Assembly: GCA_013265495.1 (NCBI GenBank)
Contig: MU058636.1
Coordinates: forward strand, 2,294,001-2,358,000
Reading direction: 5' to 3'
Length of the DNA: 64,000 bases
DNA from: Vicugna vicugna
Taxonomy: Eukaryota
This document shows, piece by piece, positions 26,001-38,900 of this stretch (the first letter of the stretch is position 1; each line of letters opens with the position of its first letter). A program made the position numbers and the translations under genes. The notes beneath the pieces are model-generated. The model did no database searches. It was not told where the DNA came from and was given only the letters and a program-made list of their open reading frames with translations.

Positions 26001-28085
26001 CAGTACATGCATATATAAATATAGTACAAGCATAATACTGAAACTCGCTTAATTCACTTCTTTCTAAATGACTCTTGGGACTTAAAAAGCTCTCAATGTC
26101 ATCTGTAAAACCTTCAGACTATTACCTACAGCAAGCTAAATGTTCTGACCTTACAATCATGTATTCCATTTTCACCAGCTGAATTGTACACTTACTAATA
26201 TCCAGTTGTGTTTGCTCTGAAACATGTTTATGACAGTTGTACTGTTACTATAAACAAGTAATTTAAATAAATACTACAGAATCCAACAATAATATGAACA
26301 GAATAAATTGTTTTTATGAAAACTAAGCTGTCTGCTTTAGAAAGGTTCAATAAAGGTAAGTTATAAAAAATGCTGTTGGTTTGGCTGTGACAATTACAAA
26401 AAATGAAGGGGAAGTTGTAAGATTCTGTATTTATATTTTTCTACAAGTATTTTTAAGTTTTTGCTCCATAATAAAGAAATCCACACTGGAAACTGTATAG
26501 GATGCATTACGAATGTGGTTTATGCAAGAAGATATTTGGCATCCAAATCAGTGGACCCATACTTAAATGAAAGAACTCTGTCCTATATAACAATATGGAT
26601 AAATGAATACACACACACACGACACTTTTGTTAAAATATGTAGAATATGTATGCTGTATTAGTCAGGACTGACTAGGTTATGTTGTAGTGGAAAAAAACT
26701 AAATTCCCTCAAATCTCTGAATTTGAAACTACAGACCCTTCACCTGGGTGGTCTGCAAGGCAACTGTCTTCTATACAACAGCCCAACGTCCTAGCTACAT
26801 TGGTCTTCTGGTATTTCCACATCAGCACATACTTCCACAATCACTATGGGAGGGGAGATAACATGGAGAATCATTCTCCAGCTCCTGAGTGCTTCCATGC
26901 AAAGTGAAATACATCACTTCCACTCACATTTTCATTGGCCACCATGAGTCTGATGGCTATGTATCATTTTAAGAGACAAGAAAGTATAAATCTTGCATAC
27001 TTAGAAGTAGAGAGGGACTGGATATTGTTGAACAAAAACAAAAGAATAAAACATTGTTTTAAGCTATTGAGAATTTCAGGTTGCTACTGCAGCATAATTT
27101 ACCCTAAGCTGAATAATATACATGCTACCCTTACTGCATCAGTAAGGGTGCTTACAGGAACAGCCAGATAGAAGTGAAAATGAAAGAAACCCCTACATAT
27201 TCCACTTCTAATAGTGACAAAACTGCAGAGACTTAAGGCTAAATTTGACCAGACAGGTTTAAGACCTATGACAAAATGTATAAAAATATTACTTAAGTAT
27301 ATAAAACATGTTAATTCTCCCCAAATCAATGTATAAACCTAAAGTGATTCTAATCATAATCCCAACGGTCTCTTCTTAATCTGATAAAAACATTTTAAAG
27401 TTCACGTGGAATAATAAAATTGACCTACAATGTTGCTGCCAGGATTAAATGAGTTGAAATATGTAAAGTACTTAGGAAAGTATTTGGCACATATATGTAC
27501 AGTAGATGTTACCAAATTTTGTTAAATTTGGAAAAAATTAGATCATAGGAATGGAGAGTCTCAAAACGTATCTTAATACAAACAGGATTTTAAAATAGCC
27601 TCTAGAGGAAAATAAAACCAGACTCCAATCATAATCTATATTCATAAGTGAATTAAAAACAAAATGTGAAAAACAGTATTTTAGAATAAAATCTGAGAAT
27701 AAATTTATACACTAGGAGTTGGGAAACATTTTCAACTGAAGGAATAAGCCACAGAGTTGTAAAGGGAAAGAGACATTTATTATAAATGTTTAGGTCAAAG
27801 ATACTATAAACAAAAGAAAAATATTACCATAAACAAAAGATTGTGGGAAATATCTGTAGTGTATAAGACAAAGGTTAATAACCATAGTATGCAAGAAATG
27901 CCTATAAATTTTTAAGAAGAAAAACTCCACAGAAAAATGAGCAAAGGCTGTATGAACAGGAATTTCCAGGAAAGCAAATCTAAATGATAAACATGAAAAA
28001 TTGCTTAATCTTAACAGTAATCAGGAAGACACAAACTAAAATGACAGTGAGCTCTCACTTCTAACCCATCAGGTCAACAAAAATT
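23090..28085 (+). mobile_element. Degraded ancient L1 fragments (ORF1 C-terminus and ORF2 pieces) interrupted by MaLR LTRs and a Tigger relic
   Basis: ORF1-like aaagagaaaatcttaaaagcagtcagagag...ctatacccagcgaaactatctttcaagaatgaggg; ORF2-like gggctggttcaatattaagaaatc; MLT1-like inserts at about 25215-25670 and 26655-27030. Confidence 0.65.
26035..26640 (+). mobile_element. TcMar-Tigger DNA transposon relic with N-terminal transposase remnant
   Basis: Translates as MKTKLSALERFNKGK.. and KKSTLETV*DALRMWFMQE../PISGPILK*K, the CENP-B-type HTH signature of pogo/Tigger transposases. Confidence 0.7.
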
Positions 28086-28134
28086 TTAACTGTGGCAGAA
28101 ATACAAATTTACACCTTCTGAATCAGTTTACATT

Positions 28135-28212
28135 TCTTTCTTTTTTTAAACTGAAGTATAGTCAGTTACAAGATATCAATTTCTGGTGTACAGCACAATG
28201 TCCCAGTCATTC
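28135..28212 (-). mobile_element. Very short young L1 3' tail, antisense
   Basis: tttttttaaactgaagtatagtcagttacaagatatcaatttctggtgtacagcacaatgtcccagtcat is the reverse complement of the end seen at about 9640-9714. Confidence 0.75.
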
Positions 28213-28719
28213 TTTTTTAAAATGATGTCTCAAAACAATTCTTTGATAAATATAGTGGTAAAGGAAGGAATTATTTTGTATTCCAAGTAAACATATACAA
28301 ACTACAGTATTTTGAAATTTCAGATCCTTGGGGAATATATTTTGACAAGACTGAATCTATTGGTCTTTGTAGCTCCCACACTGTACATCCCTCTCAGCTC
28401 CAAAGAATATTGCTACTGCTTCTGGTCACTGGACACTGTTTCCTGACTTCATTACCACTCTGACCCAGGACCACAAGGAAGCCCCAGTAACACACCCCTG
28501 AACATCCCACCCATGCAAGTTCTGGCAGCCCTGGTTGAGGTCTGGCAACAGCATCTTTTTGGTTCTGTGACTTTTCTGGCTGTCTACATCTAATTCTTTA
28601 CCTAATTTCTCACAGCCCTGGTGCTAGGGTCTAGGCAATCTTGATATAGGAAATAAATTAGACCCAGTGCTAATTATACCCTGAAGCTAATTTTACCCAG
28701 TCTCTACTGAGCCTTTGAA

Positions 28720-29400
28720 ATACAGCTATTGTTTACTGAGCTTACAGGACGCTGCAGATGACATGGAGAGCGAATCAGGGAGCAGGTGAGAGTGGAGGCA
28801 GGTCAGCCAGCTGAAAGGCTACCATGATGTTCCTAAAGGAAGCTGCGCTACAAAAGGATATAAACAGCTCCGGAAAGATTGCCCACAAAATTGTGGCACA
28901 AGAAGTGCAACAGTGTGTTACAGATGCTGCGGAACAAGTGTGTCAATGTGACGGGGCACGGAGGGTCCACTCTCCCTGGAAGGGGGAGAACAGGGCCGAG
29001 GAGCAAGTCAGGAATGGCTTCATAGAGGAAGTGACGCTGCATGCGATGGTGCCTAGAGCCTTCCAGAAGGAGGGGGAGCAGGAATAAAAGGACAGGGGCA
29101 TGCAAGCAATGCCGTTTTCAGAGAATTCCAAGTAATTTAACATGACTAGAGTAAAGGATTTAAGAATGACGTTGGCAGCCAGATCACAAAAGGCCTGCTT
29201 GCCATTCCACAGAGTCTGGAGTCAATCCTGGAGGGCAGGAACCAGGAGCAAGTGGAGGGCTTTTGGGAGAAGAGTCACAGACTTGACTTTTAGGGGAAAA
29301 AACGTTTTTGGCAGCCCTATGAAAGACGGTCTGGAAGAAGGCAAGGAGCTATTCCTGTGGCTCAGGCGTCAGGTAATTGATTCTGTTAACTGTGATGCCT
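28720..29400 (-). mobile_element. L2 remnant
   Basis: gagcaagtcaggaatggcttcatagaggaagtgacg..., agccagatcacaaaaggcctgcttgccatt... Confidence 0.55.
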
Positions 29401-31779
29401 GATTTCTCAGGAGATTTCACTGAGGTATTTGAGAAATAATACTTTCCTTTCTCACTGGTGTAAAGACACGTAGGTAGAATGATAAACAAACAAGGTCCTT
29501 TTCCCCCCTCTAAACTCCATTGTGTAAACTTAGCTGTACACTCTAATTTAATAAATAGAGTGAGGCTGAAAAGCCTTTGGCATTAATCCCAGACACTAAA
29601 ACAGTGAGAAAACAACAAAACATGGAACATAATATCTATCCATAAATCCAATTGTATGGTTAGGACTACGGAGCATTTTAAGAGTTATGATTTCCCTGGC
29701 AAAGTATCAAAAAAAACGTACCTTCAAAAATCCCTCAGAACAGCCACTTGGCATCCAACCATGCTGACAGAATGAAAAATGTTGACTAAACAGCCTACGT
29801 GTAACTCACCATTCTTGAAGAAGGAGAGGAAGGGTGTTTTCTAAGGCTTCAGAATGACATATTTTATTAAGTAACAACACAGTCATGAAAAAAGCCAAGA
29901 GAAACCTTCCCAGCTCACTTAGGAAATGGAGTCACTCTATTTTCTTTCAAACGACAGGCAGATACATTCTGTCTGACAGCAGAACACCTGAGAGCCAGCG
30001 CGTGCACTGCGGTCACCTGTGCTCTCAGCTCCCGCTTTTCTGCCTTTTGATGGTTTCTAATTCTCTACAACGAGCACGCATTGCCTTCAGGAGGAAGAAC
30101 AAAAAAGTTAAGTAACCCAATCATACAATCAATCAGAGTGACTTGGGCTGGCTTTTTCAGCTTTTAGATTCTAAACCACCTTACTGATTCCAAATAAGAT
30201 TAAAGTAAATTGCTTTTGAGGAACCCTTTTGGTGTACTTTGTATACACGCAAATTTTCTCTACTTAAGTCTTTCATTGTCTTCAGGGAATACATTTTTGA
30301 ATTTTCAAAAATACAAAAACTTCCCCTCTCAATTACCCATGGCAGTGGAGGGGAATACTGACACCAGAATGTGAAGACAGTATGTGGACAGAAACCATCA
30401 GGCAGACATGTATGATGTATCAAGCTCTCTGAGGCACTGTACAATGCTTTTGGCAGATATGCATTCTGAATTACATTTCTTAGTTAATATTAAAATGACT
30501 CTATGCTCCTACGTGTGGGCCAGCAAATGAAGGGTAACAGAAACAGGTCTAGAACTTAAAATTCATTGCATGTAATCTACAAACTGTATGCTCCACTGGC
30601 AAAGGAATAAAGATTCTATGCTGAAAATACAAACGACTTCTTAAAAACACAGACCCAAAACAGGGCTATGAAAGCACGGAAAACGGAATCCTAAACCTTT
30701 GCTGTGTCTGATGCAATGAACATGTAAAACAGTAAAACAAAACACCTGGATTCAAGAGTCTAGTAAGTACTTACTCTCAAAACCCAGCTTTTCATAATCA
30801 GAGGACACTCTTTTAAAAGCAGCTCCAACTGAAATCATAGTCAGCAAAGTATTTCAGAAGAAATATGAAACACTCATCTCTCGGGGTTAAAGAGAAGGGT
30901 CTGTCAGATAAACCTGATGTAATGTATTCCTCCATCCCTTAACACTTACAAGGGACTTGCCAAGAAAGATGTGTGAACAGGATTTATCTTAAATTAAGCA
31001 CACTGAGACTCTCCCAACACTACAAGAATTAAGATAGTTTAAAGAAGAGTTGGATGTACTATGTAAAATTTGCAGATTCTTTTCAGGTCCTCTGAAACAC
31101 AGGAGCTTTCTTTTTAGTAGAGATTTGTACCACTCCCTCACATGAACTCCCCTGCCAAACCTTGTAGGGGAGCAATTTCTGAAACTTAGATGGTCTTATG
31201 ACCGTCTAAGTATTAGGTACCTTGAAGACAGTAAGTTTCACAAACTTTTCACACTGATTGAATTATTTCCGCTCTCATCTCTCTCAGACCAGGGAGCTCT
31301 CATGCTTCTGCTACCCTAAGTTCTATGGGAAAACCATCACCACTGACCCTGCCACTAGCCCCTCTCCAAATCCCCCCATTCTGATTTCAAAGCAAAAGAA
31401 TCCATATGACTGAGAAGAACTGTCCTCAGAGACTGGGAGGGAAAAAAGACCAAGCAAGCCTGGTCAGAATTTGTAGCCGGCGGGGGAGGGGAAGAGTGGG
31501 CACCTCACACCACACACACACACACACACACACACTCTCTGTGGCTCCTGATGTTAGTGGATGTCAGAGTTGTAGACCTCGTGGTGGAGTGCCAATTTTT
31601 GTTGAGTATAGTACGGGGGGAAAGGGCATAACTGGAACCAGATAGAGATTGAAGGACTCGGCTTACAGGGCTGCGCTTTAGGCTTGGGCTCCAAGCCCAG
31701 GAGGGTGCTTCCGGAAACTTGTCCAAATATCTTGGATCAGCATATCTAGTCTGTCTTACCTACTAGGAACCCCAGCCAT

Positions 31780-34250
31780 TCATTCCCTTCCCCTACTTTT
31801 CATTTAATAAACAGTTTTTGGATGCTCTCTCTGCGCAGATGTAGATCCAATAATGTGTGAGACACTGGCCCTGACTGCAGGAGCCTGTGGGAGAGAAACA
31901 GAGAGGTGTGGAAGCAGGCCAGCACAGGGAGGGCTCAAGGTTGTGGTGCAGCGTGTACAGGCTGCATGGGGGCATAAGGGAGAGAACCCTGACCTCTCTA
32001 CCCCAGGTAATCCTCTGCTACCGTCACCTGCTCAGCCCTTGGCCCCCCGAACTCACCTGTCCTGCTTTCACAAGCCCCTGCCGCTATGTCCCTGGACCGT
32101 GCAACTAGACTTCCCAGTATTTTTCACTTTGCTACCAGTCCTTTCCACAACTTAGCTTAACGGAAACCTAGCTCTCTTGTAAATGCTGCTGCTTTCCTCC
32201 AAAGCTTGTCCCGTGGTGTCTACTCGTTCTCACATTTTCCCTGACCCACTGCCTCTTGCTCCTGACAGCTACTGATCGTTACCATTACCGCTTAGCTCCC
32301 TCTTCTTCCAAAGTGCACGCGTCTGCTTTACTCCACCCTTTCTCTACTTTTGGAGGGATGAGGACTCAGCTGACGCCTTGGGAATTTTCCAACTCAGCAC
32401 GCTTTCACACTTCCTAATCAGCACCGTCAGCTACTGCCTGGCTGTCCTCATTCACCTGCTCCTCACCCGTTTCAATCCCAGCCTGCATTCTCCATGGGAC
32501 TTTTCTCTACGTTCAATAACATAGTCAACACGGATTTGTGCCAGAGAGGCCTAAGGGTGAATTCAAGGAAGATAACGAAAAGTGAAGTAAAATGGGGCAC
32601 CTGTTGTCATTCAAGGCACATAACAAACCAGATTACTTTGTAAAATGTGGACGCAGTAGTACCTACCTCATAGAGTAACCGAGGATTAACTGAAACGACA
32701 CACAGGCCTGACACACAGCAGATGACAACTAGCATTATCACTGTATCCTCCAAACTATATAACATACCTAAAGCTTAAGCAAACATACAAACCATTCTAG
32801 CATCGAATCTAATTTAATTCTTTAAACTACTTTAGTCTACTCAACACTGCTTTGTATTAGTTAATGCTGTAACAGACCTTTTAAAAAGGATATAAATATG
32901 GGTGTGTGCACTGCTCAAAATACGATTTTTCTCCTTGCGTGCCTTCACATTGGCCACCATAGGCCTATTTTCAAGACTTTGTGATTTTTTAAAAGCTACT
33001 TTAAAATCATTTTCTAGCCTCTCTTTTGACTTCCTTTCAACCTCTCAGCACTTCCTTCCCCTCTGCAGTCCAAGACAGCAGTTTGCTTCTCCGTCTGCCT
33101 CTCGCCCGTTTCTTTCTTGTCTCCGTGGCGGCTCCCCTTCCTCGGTTGCCTCTTGTGTTCTACTACTTCTCAGGTTCATCCCTCCTTCTCACTGCTTCTC
33201 GAAGTCTCTCCAGTACACTGTGCTACCTTCATTCATTTCTTCACCTCTGCCTCGGCCTACTGCACCACTCTAAATGGCATTCTGGTTCCTCATTTCTCCC
33301 AATTCCATACATCCCTTGTGCTGCATCATTTTTTTTAAACACCAATCATTTATATTATGCTCTACACCGGAAATTGACACACTGACTATACTTCAAAAAA
33401 TTAAAAAAAAGTCTTTATGACAAGACCTCCATCATCTCCTGTTTCCTTCGAGAAAACATCTAAAAACCTCAGCATACAGTACAAGGGTCCTTCATTTTAG
33501 CCCCAAGCAAGCCCTCCCATCTCATCTCACCTTGTTCCAACCACTCACCCAGAACTCCATCCACACAGAAATACTCTTCAAATGTACCCTTTTGCAAATT
33601 CCTGCCTTTCCACGTTCCCTCTTCCTCAAATGCCGTTCTTCCCTGTTCCCAGCCACCTCCTGATCCAGCTCTTTTCTCTACCAGGCACTGACCACCTGGC
33701 ATTTTAAATATTTGTGTACATGTCTATTCCCCAGGAAAATGAAAGTATCAAGCACAGAGAAATGGCTTTTCTTCTCTTTAGCCCCAGAATCTAGTACTAA
33801 GCAAATGCTCAACAAGGATTTAATGACCAAACTATGAGCACTCAACAAACATGAAAATGACTTTTTTTTTTTGAAGAGCTGCAGTTTTAAAATTTCCCCT
33901 TTGGTAGAACTGAGTGAAAGGAAAAATATGCAAATGAAACACTCAAGCTCAAATCTCAAGGTAAACACAGACATTCTGAAGAGTGAGAAGGAAACATGAA
34001 AGGACAGCGGTGCAGAATACCCGCAGTCTGTATTATCCCAGGAGTTCAAGGTTGTGGGACCATGACAATGGATATGCAAGACACACACACCCTTATCACT
34101 TCCTCCTTAAAATCCTTCAATGATTTTTTTTTTAAGATAAAGCCTTATCTTTAACCTGGCACACAATAATAGGCCCCGGTAACAAGCTTGCTTCCACCTC
34201 CTAAACTTGATCTCACACTACATGCTACCTTATTCTCTGAGTATCAGTCT
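31780..34250. mobile_element. L2 and MIR remnants upstream of the POMP promoter
   Basis: cattcattc...catttaataaaca (L2 3' end, 31778-31812), MIR-like ttgtaaaatgtgga...acctacctcatagag (32640-32720), gccccagaatctagtactaagcaaatgctcaacaa (33780-33815). Confidence 0.5.
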
Positions 34251-35154
34251 TCATCCCCACTTTATTTTTGCACAAGCAAACCTGCCCACAATGTTTTTTC
34301 AAATAGTCTCCTACCTACTTCACTCATACCTGGGCTGTCAGCCCAAGGATTCCTTAAGTTATCTCCACCACACGGTGAGAGAGCATGAGTCCACTTTGCC
34401 ACATTATATTTGGAAGGCAATACAGTATAGTGTTATGACTACAACAGATTATGCATCCTTGGGCATAATTACTTAAACTTGTATGTCTTGCTTTTAGCGC
34501 CTATAAAACTGAGGTAATGGTAGTACCCACTTCATTAGTTTATTGAAAGGATTAAATGAGACAGTTCACGTACAGCCCTTGGAATTGTTTTAAGAGCCGC
34601 AAAATGTCAGAATGTATACTTAGTTGTTAACCTCTCCACCCCCAAGTTCCTCTACTCCCGTAGCCCAGGAACCACACCAACCAGGTTCATTTCTGTTCAT
34701 TCTTAGCCTCGGCACAAGGTCCTGAACGTTGCAGGCTTTATCGAACACTGACTTTAAAAAGTAGAAACAAACTGGCAAAAAAGCCTTGTGTTCCACTTTT
34801 GTCCTACTAGCTGGACGACTGCAGGCCAGTCACTCATCCCACCTACGCCTCGTTTACCCTTACGAAAAATGCAATCTCGACCTCAAAGAGATTCTCAGTT
34901 AACAAGGCGATGCGTCTAGCAACGCGCACTGCCCATCTCCACACGCGGCGCTAGCGGTCGGCGATGAGAGCGGGGGCGGAGGGCCTCGTCTCCCCTCCCC
35001 CGCACGTCGCCTCCCGAGCCCGCCCGCCTCCCGCCCACACCCTTACTGCGCCCTTGGCCCCCGGTCCCTCGGGACTTCAGGCGTGGGAGCCTCGGCCCCG
35101 CGCGGCTCCCTCCCGGCGCCCCGCGCCCTCCTTCCTTCCTCGCCCGGACGGACG

Positions 35155-35204
35155 CACTTCCGGCGGATGTGGGGGGGCAACCCCGGAAACGGAAGTGAGC
35201 GGCG
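35155..35204 (+). promoter_or_regulatory. ETS/GABP motif cluster plus ARE-like element in the POMP core promoter / 5' UTR
   Basis: CACTTCCGG (35155-35163, reverse ETS), tandem CCGGAAACGGAAGTG (35183-35197) and overlapping TGAGCGGCG (35196-35204). Confidence 0.7.
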
Positions 35205-35255
35205 GGGCCGGCTGACCGTAACGGGCTGAGAGGGTGTGCGCAGAGCGAGGTGAAG

Positions 35256-35258
35256 ATG
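35256..35258 (+). CDS. POMP: POMP coding exon 1 (ATG only)
   Basis: GAAGATG|GTGAGT: the start codon is followed at once by a consensus donor inside the CpG island and supplies the Met before NARGLGS. Confidence 0.93.
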
Positions 35259-35852
35259 GTGAGTGAGACCCCGGGCGACCCGAGCTGCCGGGGGTCGGGC
35301 CCATGGACGTAGGAGCAGGCCTCCGCCTCCCAGCCCGGCCCCCGGTGGTAGCGGCAGCGGCGGGAGGAGGAGGCGGGCCTCGGGCGCCATGATCTGTCGA
35401 GTCACGGGGATGGGGGGTTCGTGGCGGTCGCCCGGGCCCGGCTCCTGCGCTGGTCCTGCGAGCAGCGCTTCGGCTTCATCCTTTCCCGCCTCCTTTTCTC
35501 GTTCCCATCCCCACGTTCCCCAGCCGGTCCCCGTCCTAGCCCCGGACCCTTCCGGTAGTTGGCGCCGAGCCCAAAAGGGCAAATCCGAAAGTGTAACGCT
35601 CTGGGGTGCGGCGCCGCCGACTACCCCTCCCCTGTGGAGAGAACCTTTGGGAGTCGAGTCCTCAAACGCCTTACCCATCCCTGACCCTCGGATACCCTTG
35701 ATAACAAACCCACAACTATAGGTCGCATTTCTGTCACTCGGTTTACTCTGCGAATATCTTTGGGAGCTTGTAGTATGCCAGATGTTGGAGGGGGAAAAAT
35801 TAGTTGCTGCTTCCCACTTTTAAGTATTGTTGGATCTCCTTCCCCCCTTCTC

Positions 35853-35902
<50 letters not shown>

Positions 35903-38900
35903 TCTTTTTGTTTTCCGGGGTGGGTAATTAGGTTTACCTACTTATTTTTAGAGGAAGTACTGGGGATTGAACCCAGGACCTCATGCATCCCAGGCTTGCA
36001 CTCTACAACTTAAGCTATATCCTTCCCCTTCTTTCTCTCTTTTTAACTTAAAAGTTACGGTATTTGGGAGAGATTCCTGAATTGTCATTGCCCATGACTG
36101 TGATGCCAGTGCTGCGGCTAGGCCATCCAAATTAGAAAGCTTTTGTTGGTAAATACGGCTGATCATAGTGAAGAGATTTTATAAACACTCGAAGCGTAAC
36201 TAGTGTTCATTAACTTTTCACAGTTTTGTTTTCCTCTGATACTGTGTTAGAAACATCAGGTACTAATCGTGATGTTTTACAGAGGGTAATTGGGAAAGTG
36301 ATAATAGTAGAACCCAGAGATCAGAATTCCCCTTTTCTTTGTGCCCAGAAGAAACCTTTCTTCTGTCACTTTACTATAAAGCAGTCGGGGAGGAGAAAGT
36401 TTATTTAGTGAAGTAGCAGGTAGAGTCATACAACTCTAGGCCTGGAAGGGGCCTGAGAGGTTCTGTGCCTCATCACAGGCACATATTGTTAGTCACAGCC
36501 CACACTAGATTCCAGATTCTTTTCCTAATTAACCATGACTTCTGTGTTGGGGGATTGAAACCAGTTGTTGTTTCCAGGTTCTTGTGTTCCAGGCTTAGGA
36601 CCTTGGACATTTTCTTCAGACAAGACATTGATAAATCAGTTTTTTTAAAACAGCTTTGGTGGGAGAGATCACATATCAGGCAAACCTTGCTATGCAGAAT
36701 TGAAAACTGGAAGAGGAATGCTTTTCAATCTGACAGCACTCAGAGATCAACTCAGTAATCCTTCCTACCCGCAAATTTGATATTATTCACTGAACCGTGT
36801 ATATCCCTCTACTGTAATGCTAAGGCTTGTGGTAATTATCTAGACTGTGGGCCCCTTGAGGGCAAGGACCTTATCTTTTCTCTCTAGTGCTTAAACAATG
36901 TTTTATACATAGATGTTCAGTGTGATTTTTAAAAAAAATTTTTTGTATTTAATAGTTTTTTTTATTTGTGTTGTAGAATGCCAGAGGGCTTGGATCTCAG
37001 CTAAAGGACAGTATTCCAGTTACTGAACTTTCAGCAAGTGGACCTTTTGAAAGTCATGATCTTCTTCGAAAAGGGTACATGGGGGAATTGTGACTTTGAT
37101 TTTGTTATAATAAAATGTGAATTATTTTTCACAATATTCTTTAACTATTTTGATAGGCCGTAAATATATGTTTACTTTAGGGGATAGCAGGTAATATACT
37201 TTAGACTGGGGAAGGAGGGGAGCAGAAGCTTGGATGTTTTCTATAGCGTAAGAAGCATTTTATGAGAGTAGTAGGTTCCCAGGGTAGGGCATCCTTTCAG
37301 GCGATGTTACTTACCCAGTAGCACGATTTGGTAGGATTCTTCTTTTTGTTGCTAATAGCTTGGAGAGCCATTTGTCTCTTTATGTCATTAACTGTTGGAG
37401 TGATTCGCATTTCTTTGGGAGAGATTACAATATAACAGTAAAGAGCATAGACTCGGGACTCAGGCTGCCTGGGTTTTGGTCCTGGCCCTGCTATTTACTA
37501 GGTGTATGCCTTTGGGCAGTTTATTCAGTTGTTCTATGCCTCCGTATCCTCACCCGTGGAATAAGGCTGGTAATAGCATATATCTTATTTTGAAGAATAA
37601 ATGAGTTAATACATGAAAAATACTTAGACCAGTACCTGACCTTAGTAAGCACTAAGTATTAGATGCTGTTATTTTTCTTTTCTGGTTTGAGCACTTTGGT
37701 TATACCCTTTCCCTCGATTTCCTTTATGTTTCGATCTGTTTAGTCTCAATTTCTAGTATTGATTCTTTTTCTTGGCAGATTGTTTTTCTGCTTAATCAAA
37801 TGAGGTTCATGCTTCCTCTCCCATGTATATACTGTGTTTTGAATTTTTGAGTTTTATATCTAATTTTAAGGTGTTTAGTCTTACTATAATGGAATGTCAT
37901 TCTAAGACTGGTTTCTGGCAGTAGACATAACACCTCATTATTGTCTTTTCATTTTGTAGTGAAAGATGGCAGTATATTGCCTTTGGAATTGGAGATGTAA
38001 TTTAATTTATAGTATAATCAAATTCATAAGCTGACCAGTAACCAGGTCCTGATGATTTGGTTTTTGTTTTTGTTTTTCACGTGAAATGCTCCTCCTTCTC
38101 AGACTCTAGGCCTGCCATTAGCAGAACCATTTTCAAATTCCACTTCAAGGATGATGTTCTGTACAAAGACAGTATTCAATAAATACTGTTGTTGCAGGAT
38201 TGCTAAGGTTTTTGTCAGCTCTCAAATCCTGGTGTTGACAATATGATAGTCATTAGGTGTGTGTCATCTAATGTAGTACATTGTACATAGTTGGTGTTTG
38301 GGAAATGTCAGATTATTCAACATGTGTTTATCAAAAATATATTAACTGTCGCATATGCATTAGCTCTGAACAGGAGAGGCTTAGATATTTTACGTAATAC
38401 AAGAATCATGTCATCAGAGTAATAGTAATAAACATACTTTATTAAATTTCTTCTAGATATAGGGCATCATTTGGCACCATGTTTTGGAGGCTTCTCAGTG
38501 AATTGAAGTCTTGCCCAACCAGTACCTATAAAAGATGCATTTAAAACAATTACACAGTAAATCTGACTTTTTCCTTTTTTTTTGGTGTATATGAATTTTA
38601 ATATATGTATCAATTCCTATAACCGCTGCCACAATCAGGACACAGAACGGTTTCATCATTCCCCCAAAAACCTCCCTCATGTCATTTCATTATGTTACAA
38701 CATGGATGGATGTCGTTTTGAACTTCAGGCATTGAGTGATATATAATCAGTCTCTCTCAAATGTTTATTTCCAGTTTTTCCTGTGTGAAAAATGAACTTC
38801 TGCCCAGTCATCCTCTTGAATTATCGGAAAAAAATGTAAGTATGTTACCTGTGTCTTTATTTTTATTCTCTATGAGAAAAATACCGTTGGTAATTTTTTT

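Larger units (their letters stand above)
34900..35700. promoter_or_regulatory. CpG island / POMP promoter
   Basis: Abrupt rise in GC and CpG content around exon 1, with GC boxes (CCCGCCC, GGCGGGG); no obvious TATA box. Confidence 0.92.

Noticed and set aside
34964..35721. Long Pro/Arg/Gly-rich ORFs (211 aa on minus, 152 aa on plus) over the promoter
   Set aside because: Stop-codon depletion in the CpG island explains them. The real coding content here is only the POMP ATG.
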